A stretch of 37,638 nucleotides of DNA from an uncultured Bacteroidales bacterium (GTDB taxonomy: Bacteria; Bacteroidota; Bacteroidia; Bacteroidales; UBA7960): assembly GCA_964465275.1 (NCBI GenBank), contig CAYXIT010000012.1, positions 1-37,638 of the forward strand. The letters are read 5' to 3'. The translations under genes were made by a program, and so were the position numbers. The notes beneath the pieces were generated by a model that made no database searches, had not been told where the DNA came from, and saw only the letters and a program-made list of their open reading frames with translations. Shown piece after piece: positions 24,451 to 31,223 of the stretch (positions within the stretch are counted from its first letter, which is position 1; every line of letters begins with the position of its first letter).

Positions 24451-25974
24451 ATGGAAAACAAAAAAGTAATTCTGGTAATTATGGATGGATGGGGTGAAGG
24501 AAAAGGTGATAAATCTGATATTATCACCAATGCCGATGTGCCCTTCACGAGAAGTTTAAAAGAGAAAGCAGCCTACAACACTCTGAAAACTTCGGGAAAA
24601 GATGTAGGTCTCCCAGAGGGTCAAATGGGTAACTCCGAAGTGGGCCATTTGAATATTGGAGCCGGAAGAGTGGTTTACCAGGACCTGGTTAAGATATCAA
24701 AAGCCATAGAAGATGGTACATTTCACGAAAATGAAACCCTTACCGAAGCATTTGAATATGCAAAGAAGGAAGGCAAGAAAGTGCATTTACTTGGCCTTGT
24801 TTCGGAAGGTGGAGTGCATTCAGCTATGGATCACCTTTTCGGACTTTGTGATGTAGCAAAAAAACACGATTTCAATAACCTGTTCATACATGCTTTCACC
24901 GACGGCCGCGATACCGACCCCAAAAGCGGGCTTGGTTATGTAGGAAAACTGGAAGATCACATAAATAAATCGGCAGGTACGGTTGCTTCGGTTTGCGGAA
25001 GGTATTACGCTATGGACCGCGATAAGCGATGGGAACGTATCAAACTAGCATATGATATGCTTGTAAAAGGTGAAGGTGAAAAATTTAAAGACAGTGCTTC
25101 AGCCATTCAAGCTTCATATGACGATGGTATTACTGATGAATTTATCAAACCCAAAGTAATTGTGGATGATAATAACATGCCACTGGCAACCATTGAAGAA
25201 GATGATGTGGTGATCTGTTTCAACTTCCGTACCGACCGGCTGCGCGAAATAACTGTAGTGCTTACCCAGAAAGATATGCCCGAGCACGATATGAAAACCA
25301 TGCCGCTGCATTATCTCACCATGACCAAATACGATGACTCTTTCAAAAATGTGAAAATCATTTATGATAAGGATGATCTTAAAAATACCATGGGTGAGAT
25401 TCTTGAAAAGCACAACAAGACGCAGCTACGCATCGCCGAAACGGAAAAATACCCGCATGTTACCTTTTTCTTCAGTGGTGGACGCGAAACTGAGTTTAAG
25501 GGAGAAGAACGTATTATGATCTCTTCGCCCAAAGTGGCCACATATGACCTGCAACCCGAGATGAGTGCCCCGGAAGTAAAAGATGCGGTAGTGGCTGAAA
25601 TAAAAAAACAAAAATTTGATTTTATCTGCCTGAATTTTGCCAATGCTGATATGGTAGGGCACACCGGCATATACGAAGCCATTAAAAAAGCGGTGGAAAC
25701 TGTTGATTCCTGCACCAAAGAAGTTACGGAAGCTGCTATAGATAACGGATACTCCGTTTTAATTACATCAGACCATGGCAATGCCGATTTTGCCTTTAAT
25801 GAAGATGGTTCGCCCAATACGGCACATACTACCAATCCTGTTCCCCTATGGTTAATTGACAAGGATTACAAATCGCTAAAAGATCAGGGCAGACTGGCAG
25901 ACCTGGCACCTACTATTTTGCATATGATGGGTGTAGAAAGACCGGAAGAAATGGACGGTAAGATTCTTGTATAA
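24451..25974 (+). CDS. gpmI: 2,3-bisphosphoglycerate-independent phosphoglycerate mutase
   Basis: 507 aa. Motifs are ILVIMDGWG, GNSEVGHLNIGAGR (catalytic Ser), FTDGRDT, ADMVGHTG and ITSDHGNA. Confidence 0.95.
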   Translation: MENKKVILVIMDGWGEGKGDKSDIITNADVPFTRSLKEKAAYNTLKTSGKDVGLPEGQMGNSEVGHLNIGAGRVVYQDLVKISKAIEDGTFHENETLTEAFEYAKKEGKKVHLLGLVSEGGVHSAMDHLFGLCDVAKKHDFNNLFIHAFTDGRDTDPKSGLGYVGKLEDHINKSAGTVASVCGRYYAMDRDKRWERIKLAYDMLVKGEGEKFKDSASAIQASYDDGITDEFIKPKVIVDDNNMPLATIEEDDVVICFNFRTDRLREITVVLTQKDMPEHDMKTMPLHYLTMTKYDDSFKNVKIIYDKDDLKNTMGEILEKHNKTQLRIAETEKYPHVTFFFSGGRETEFKGEERIMISSPKVATYDLQPEMSAPEVKDAVVAEIKKQKFDFICLNFANADMVGHTGIYEAIKKAVETVDSCTKEVTEAAIDNGYSVLITSDHGNADFAFNEDGSPNTAHTTNPVPLWLIDKDYKSLKDQGRLADLAPTILHMMGVERPEEMDGKILV

Positions 25975-25997
25975 TTTACACTGCCATATTAAATAAG

Positions 25998-26030
25998 AAA
26001 GGCTGCCTAACTCGGGCAGCCTTTTCTTTT
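25998..26030. terminator. Bidirectional rho-independent terminator between gpmI and the PfpI-family gene
   Basis: AAAGGCTGCC-taactcg-GGCAGCCTTT is followed by TCTTTT. The complementary strand also has a T-rich tail (TTTCTTATTT). Confidence 0.8.
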
Positions 26031-26046
26031 CATGAAACATTTATAA

Positions 26047-26553
26047 TTATTCATTTAGCTTTTCAACCAGTCTTTTAATCATCGGAAGCATGGTTTTAGG
26101 GTTTGTACTACTAAGTAAATTGTCATCCTCAACCCAATCCTTACCTTCATAATTTACTCCTGCGTTGATTAAATCATCTTTTATGGCAAAAAACCCGGTA
26201 ACATTTCTTCCTCTCACAATACCGGCAGAAATAAGCAACCATGGTCCATGGCATATGGATGCAATGATCTTTCCCTTTTCATGATGGTCTTTTACAAACT
26301 TTACGATCTTTTCATCACGGCGCCATAAATCAGGTGCATAACCACCAGGGACTATCACCGCATCAAAAATTTCATCTTTCACTTCATCAAATGCTTTATC
26401 GGGCATAAAGCTTTGTCCACCCTTGCCTTGATATACTTTTTTCTCAGGTGCAACGGATACTACATCAAAACCTTCTTCTTTTAATCTCAGATAGGGATAT
26501 TGAAACTCCGAGTCTTCCACCATCTTTTCAAGCAATACTATAACCTTTTTCAT
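26047..26553 (-). CDS. DJ-1/PfpI-family protein (PfpI-type intracellular protease/deglycase)
   Basis: 168 aa. The nucleophile elbow is IASICHGPWLL, and VPGGYAPD is a family motif. Confidence 0.85.
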   Translation of the reverse strand: MKKVIVLLEKMVEDSEFQYPYLRLKEEGFDVVSVAPEKKVYQGKGGQSFMPDKAFDEVKDEIFDAVIVPGGYAPDLWRRDEKIVKFVKDHHEKGKIIASICHGPWLLISAGIVRGRNVTGFFAIKDDLINAGVNYEGKDWVEDDNLLSSTNPKTMLPMIKRLVEKLNE

Positions 26554-26845
26554 TGTTCTGTTTTTTATGGTTGAGAATTATTAGATTTTAAAGGTCAACC
26601 CATGAAAAACATAATTTTTTGATATGAATCAGGAGCAAAAAAGAACCCCGGGATTTTTTCAAATTCCGGGGCTACCAATCAACTAACCAAAACAACATGA
26701 AGAAAATTTAATTTCTTAAACAGTACTAAAACGTAAAACGAGGCAAATTGTTTTAAGAGTTCAAAAAAAAACGCATAATAAGGGAAATATTTTTCACTTA
26801 AACTTTAAAGTATTTTTGCCGGGATTAAACTTTTAGTGGATATAT

Positions 26846-26886
26846 TTAAAAACAATGCCCGGCAATGAAATTCACTGCCGGGCATT
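26846..26886 (-). terminator. Rho-independent terminator of the methionine gamma-lyase-like gene
   Basis: On the minus strand the sequence is ATGCCCGGCAgtgaatttcatTGCCGGGCAT followed by TGTTTTT. The core stem is 10 bp and extends to about 13-14 bp with inner pairs. It lies 75 nt downstream of the stop at 26960. Confidence 0.75.
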
Positions 26887-26959
26887 TCGTATTGGTTTTA
26901 AGGGTGATTTTATCGTTTGTACAGATTATCTGATATATGTTTGCATATGTGTATCCTGA

Positions 26960-28159
26960 CTAAATAAATTTCAGTTCTTTCAATGATTCATGTATCATTT
27001 CAAAGGTGCGTTCAATATCATTATCGAGTCCTACTGAAAAACGTATCAGACCTTCCGACATTCCCATTTCCCGCTGCAGTTCTTCAGGAACTTCACTTGA
27101 TGTACTTTTGCCTGAGTTGCTGAACAATGTTTTAAAATAACCCAGGCTAACCGCCAGGTAACCCACTCCTTTTTCCTGCATTTTTTCCATGAGACGGCTT
27201 GCCTTTTCTGCTGTTTCCATATCAATGGCAATCATTCCTCCAAATCCAAAATCAGGATTCATGATTTTTTTCATGAGTTCATGCTGAGGATGCTCAGGCA
27301 TACCCGGATAAATGAATTTCAATCCGATTTCTCTGAATTTTTCAGCCAGGTACATGGCATTATGGCTATGCTGTTTCATACGAATATGCAGCGTAAACAG
27401 GTTTTTACGAATGCTTGAAGAGCGCAGCGGATCAAGCACCGGCCCCAGCAACATGGCTGTACCGGTATTTACATCAGCAAGGTCATTGATAAACTGTTCA
27501 TCAGCACATATGGCACCGGCAACGCAATCATTTTTTCCATTGATAAATTTGGTCATGCTGTAAACTACGATATGTGCACCCAGTTTTGCCGGTGCAAAAA
27601 TCATGGGTGTAAAAGTATTATCTACCAATAGTTTAATACCATGATCATCGGCAATTTTTGCCAGTGCTTCAATATCACATATCTGCAGCAGCGGATTGGT
27701 CATGGTTTCTGTGTAGATAAGTGTTGTACTGGGCCTTATCGCATCCTTTATTTGCTGATGATTTGTAGGATCTACAAAAGTTACTTCGATCTGAAACTTT
27801 TTCAGGTAGTTGGCCAGGAAAGCAAAAGTACCACCATAAGTAGTAACACTCGAAACAATGTGTGAACCACAATTGCACAATTGAAGAATTGCTGAGGTTA
27901 TAGCTGCCATTCCTGAAGCAGTAACCCATGCACTTTCGGTCCCTTCCATAGCTGCCAAAGCGTCTGCAAGGTAGCGGTTTGAAGGATTCCAGTGGCGTGA
28001 ATATAAAAAACAACCTTCCTGTTCACCGTGGAAAGTATCAATCATAGTTTTTGCTTCCATAAAAGTATAGGTAGCTGAATCGGTTATGGAAGGATTTACA
28101 TCGCCAAATTCTCCGAACTGTAAAAGATCCTGTATTTTGGTTGCCGGGTCAAATTTCAT
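26960..28159 (-). CDS. Cys/Met-metabolism PLP-dependent enzyme, methionine gamma-lyase-like
   Basis: 399 aa. The PLP-lysine motif is YSMTKFINGKNDCVAG. SRHWNPS and SATYTF are family motifs. The N-terminal region (GDVNPSITDSATYTFME...LYSRHWNPS) resembles the methionine gamma-lyase subfamily as I remember it. The exact reaction cannot be fixed by eye. Confidence 0.7.
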   Translation of the reverse strand: MKFDPATKIQDLLQFGEFGDVNPSITDSATYTFMEAKTMIDTFHGEQEGCFLYSRHWNPSNRYLADALAAMEGTESAWVTASGMAAITSAILQLCNCGSHIVSSVTTYGGTFAFLANYLKKFQIEVTFVDPTNHQQIKDAIRPSTTLIYTETMTNPLLQICDIEALAKIADDHGIKLLVDNTFTPMIFAPAKLGAHIVVYSMTKFINGKNDCVAGAICADEQFINDLADVNTGTAMLLGPVLDPLRSSSIRKNLFTLHIRMKQHSHNAMYLAEKFREIGLKFIYPGMPEHPQHELMKKIMNPDFGFGGMIAIDMETAEKASRLMEKMQEKGVGYLAVSLGYFKTLFSNSGKSTSSEVPEELQREMGMSEGLIRFSVGLDNDIERTFEMIHESLKELKFI

Positions 28160-28211
28160 AATATGCGGATTTAAGGTGAATACTCAAATTTTTGTACTTT
28201 TTCTTACGATA

Positions 28212-28219
28212 CAAAAATA
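28212..28219 (-). promoter_or_regulatory. Candidate -7 promoter element (TATTTTTG) for the methionine gamma-lyase-like gene
   Basis: The complement of caaaaata (28212-28219) is an exact TAnnTTTG match about 53 nt upstream of the ATG at 28159. It overlaps the right arm of a 9-bp inverted repeat (28188-28196 / 28210-28218). Confidence 0.3.
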
Positions 28220-28304
28220 ATAATTTTGATACATAATAGCCTGAAAACAGAAAATCATTTAATAATTTTCAATTCATAGCTTACAATTTGATTAAATTTA
28301 TGTT

Positions 28305-28312
28305 ATTTTTGT
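28305..28312 (+). promoter_or_regulatory. Candidate -7 promoter element (TATTTTTG) for the Lrp/AsnC regulator gene
   Basis: Exact TAnnTTTG match 30 nt upstream of the ATG at 28342, with a TTTG at 28288-28291 upstream. Confidence 0.3.
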
Positions 28313-28341
28313 AATATATTATAATCTATCATATCAGAAAA

Positions 28342-28833
28342 ATGAACGGCAGCTATCAAATTGATAAAACAGACCATAAAATACTGGAAATATTAACCCG
28401 CAATGCACGTATGCCATTTCTGGAGGTTGCACGACTTTGTGGAATAAGCGGAGCAGCGGTACATCAACGGGTTCAGAAACTTATAGATGCCGGTATTATT
28501 AAAGGATCTCAGTTTAATCTTGATCCCCGCGGACTGGGTTATCAAACATGTGCATTTATTGGCATTCAAATCAACCTTAATGCAAACTCATCGCATGAGG
28601 AAGTATTTAAGAAAATAATGAAAATTCCTGAAATAGTTGAATGTCATCATATTTCCGGTAAATACTCTCTGTTTGCAAAGGTATTTACCAAAAATAATGA
28701 GCATCTTAAGAAAGTGATCGTGGAGCAAATACAATCCATCGTTGAGGTTACCAACACTGAAACTTTCATCTCACTTCAGGAAGGATTCACCAGGAATCTT
28801 CCTGTAAATATGGGTGATATCAACAGTTTCTGA
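28342..28833 (+). CDS. Lrp/AsnC-family transcriptional regulator
   Basis: 163 aa. The N-terminal wHTH is DKTDHKILEILTRNARMPFLEVARLCGISGAAVHQRVQKL, followed by a RAM/AsnC_trans_reg-type C-terminal domain. Confidence 0.9.
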   Translation: MNGSYQIDKTDHKILEILTRNARMPFLEVARLCGISGAAVHQRVQKLIDAGIIKGSQFNLDPRGLGYQTCAFIGIQINLNANSSHEEVFKKIMKIPEIVECHHISGKYSLFAKVFTKNNEHLKKVIVEQIQSIVEVTNTETFISLQEGFTRNLPVNMGDINSF

Positions 28834-28835
28834 TT

Positions 28836-30086
28836 TTAAACTTTTTCAGGTAATTTCATCTTTTGCTTTTGGCCATAAGTTAACGTACGCCACAACCATT
28901 CCATGGGCCCGAATCGGTAATGCTTCAACCAATAGTGACTCCAGATTACCTGAACAATATATATAGCAACTGTAAGAATCATTCCCTGCCAGATATTCAC
29001 CTGCCCGTATAACCCAAGCCCATAAGAAAAAAATATTGTTGTTGCAATAACGGATTGCATTAAGTAATTGGTAAGTGCCATACGTCCGGTTTTTGCAATT
29101 GCATCAGATAACTTCTTAAAATATCCTTTGTAAAAACAATGAACGATTAGTGAAATATAAACAAAGGTCATGGCTGGACCACCTGTTGCTGTGCCAAGAG
29201 TTACCCATAGAATTGGCCAGTCAAATACCACATACGAACTCTCGGCAGAAAAATGTGCAAGCGCCCAGTTGCCTGCAATTGCAAAAGGAAGACTGTAAAA
29301 GAATAGTTTTCTGAAGAAGTTTTTATTTGCTTCCAGATCTTCAAAAACCTTCTTTTTGGCAAGTGCAAGACCAATCAGGAACATGGCAAGTACATTTGGG
29401 AAAAAGAAAAACACTCCGGGAAGTATATTGGCATATTCCAACAGGCGCATTCTAACAATTTCAGTAAAGCTGCCACTTGTATAAACAGTCATTGCTCTTT
29501 CAATAATTACTTCCATATTACGCATACCTTGCTCAAAATTTGCTGCAATTTCATCACCAACATCAGGCAATGTGAGAGCAAATTGCATAAAAGCAACGAA
29601 AATCAATGTAAGTAAAACGGGTATCATGAAAATGGAAACCGCCCAGATTATCAGAGATCTAACAGATTTCTTTCTGAATAAAATCATTAAAAACCCAAAA
29701 AGAGCATAAAAAACCAGAATATCGCCGTACCAGAGTAATACAATATGTAAAATACCTATTGCCAATAGCCAGCCCAGTCTGCGTCTGAAAACCGGCAATA
29801 CTGAATTCCCGTTTTCATCGGATTTCCTGAGAAAAAAATAAAAACCAATACCAAACAGCATTGAAAATAAGGTGTAAAACTTTCCTGTAAAGAAAAAGCT
29901 GATAATCCATGAAGCTGTTTCGTTGGCAGAATCTGTCCATAAAGCAAATTTGCCCATTTCAGTTACAAATGGAGCATTCATCAGAGGAATATTTACCATA
30001 AGAATTCCCAGCAGTGCAAAGCCGCGAAGCACATCCAGAATTTCAACCCTCTGATTTAATTGAAGGGGTTTGTAGTTTGAAGTCAT
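28836..30086 (-). CDS. DUF418/YeiB-family polytopic membrane protein
   Basis: 416 aa and multi-TM. The N-terminal RVEILDVLRGFALLGILMVN and the C-terminal MALTNYLMQS and RFGPMEWLWRTLTYG are hallmark DUF418 motifs. Confidence 0.8.
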   Translation of the reverse strand: MTSNYKPLQLNQRVEILDVLRGFALLGILMVNIPLMNAPFVTEMGKFALWTDSANETASWIISFFFTGKFYTLFSMLFGIGFYFFLRKSDENGNSVLPVFRRRLGWLLAIGILHIVLLWYGDILVFYALFGFLMILFRKKSVRSLIIWAVSIFMIPVLLTLIFVAFMQFALTLPDVGDEIAANFEQGMRNMEVIIERAMTVYTSGSFTEIVRMRLLEYANILPGVFFFFPNVLAMFLIGLALAKKKVFEDLEANKNFFRKLFFYSLPFAIAGNWALAHFSAESSYVVFDWPILWVTLGTATGGPAMTFVYISLIVHCFYKGYFKKLSDAIAKTGRMALTNYLMQSVIATTIFFSYGLGLYGQVNIWQGMILTVAIYIVQVIWSHYWLKHYRFGPMEWLWRTLTYGQKQKMKLPEKV

Positions 30087-30257
30087 CTCTTTCGAATTGT
30101 GTTTTACATCAGGTTACTTTAAGTTTGTCGTAATTGCGTAATATTTATTACACTCCGATAGCTTATTTTTATTGATGATATAATTTAAAAACTTGCAGTA
30201 TTTCATTGTTTTATGTAATTTTCAGCCTGAGAAAACCATATTAAAGCCCCACTGATT

Positions 30258-31121
30258 ATGCGAACAGTTTTTCAAATTATACCGGTATTTTTTTTGCTTT
30301 TCAGTTTTTGTTCATCTGAAGAGAGAGCTCATGAGATTAAGGTAATGACTTTTAATATAAGATTCGACAACATTAATGACAGTGCCAATGCCTGGCCCAA
30401 CCGTATTCCCCTGGTTGAAAAATACATGAAGGAAGAAATGCCTGATATTGTGGGTATACAGGAAAGTCTGCACCACCAGATTGAAGATCTGCTGGGTATT
30501 ATGCCCGGTTATGCCTATGTTGGTACAGGCCGGGATGACGGAGAAACAGGCGGTGAATTTTCTCCCATTTTTTACCGCACTGATGTATTTGAGTTGCTGG
30601 ATCATTCTCAATTCTGGTTATCTGAAACCCCTGATGTTCCGGGAAGTATTGGTTGGGCTGCAGTACTGCCAAGGGTTGTAGCATGGGCAAAACTTATACA
30701 CAGGAAAAGCGGTAAAGAACTTTTTGTTTTCAATTCACACTTCAGCCATGTAAGCGATGAAGCCCGTCGCAGAAGTATGCAGTTTCTCTCTGACCAGATT
30801 GAAGACATCGCAGGCGATAACAGAGTGATTGTAACAGGTGATTTTAATATTACAAAAGCTTCAGAGCTTTATTACGATATGCTTGAGCATTTTTCTGATC
30901 GAAACAGCTTACAAAATGCCGAACTTATTGCACGTAAAAGCTATACCGGTGAAGCATCTACATTCAATGGTTTTCGTGATGACATCGAGCCCAGGGTAAT
31001 TGATTATATTTTTGTAGATGATAGCTTTATTGTTGAAGAATACACTATAGACAAAATAACGGATGGTGACATTTTTATTTCAGACCACTGGCCGGTGAAA
31101 GTGCAGTTGATAATGGAATAA
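30258..31121 (+). CDS. Endonuclease/exonuclease/phosphatase (EEP) family protein, secreted or lipoprotein
   Basis: 287 aa. The signal has a FSFCSS lipobox-like site. EEP motifs are KVMTFNIRFDN, GIQESL, VFNSHFSH, VTGDFN and the terminal ISDHWPV. Confidence 0.8.
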   Translation: MRTVFQIIPVFFLLFSFCSSEERAHEIKVMTFNIRFDNINDSANAWPNRIPLVEKYMKEEMPDIVGIQESLHHQIEDLLGIMPGYAYVGTGRDDGETGGEFSPIFYRTDVFELLDHSQFWLSETPDVPGSIGWAAVLPRVVAWAKLIHRKSGKELFVFNSHFSHVSDEARRRSMQFLSDQIEDIAGDNRVIVTGDFNITKASELYYDMLEHFSDRNSLQNAELIARKSYTGEASTFNGFRDDIEPRVIDYIFVDDSFIVEEYTIDKITDGDIFISDHWPVKVQLIME

Positions 31122-31223
31122 AGCTTATATTAGCCATAGTATTACTTTTTTCAACTGCAGTAATCGCAGGCCGAAATTGAAAGATCTTTAAGGACTCCAT
31201 AAACAAAGACCAGTTAACGGATA

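Noticed and set aside
26554-26959. Riboswitch or leader upstream of the PfpI-family gene, and likewise the 28160-28341 gap upstream of the lyase (for example a SAM or other amino-acid riboswitch)
   Set aside because: I could not recognise any conserved riboswitch core such as SAM-I helices or kink-turn, or a T-box specifier/T-loop. The regions are largely unstructured A/T. Only an Infernal scan could settle this.
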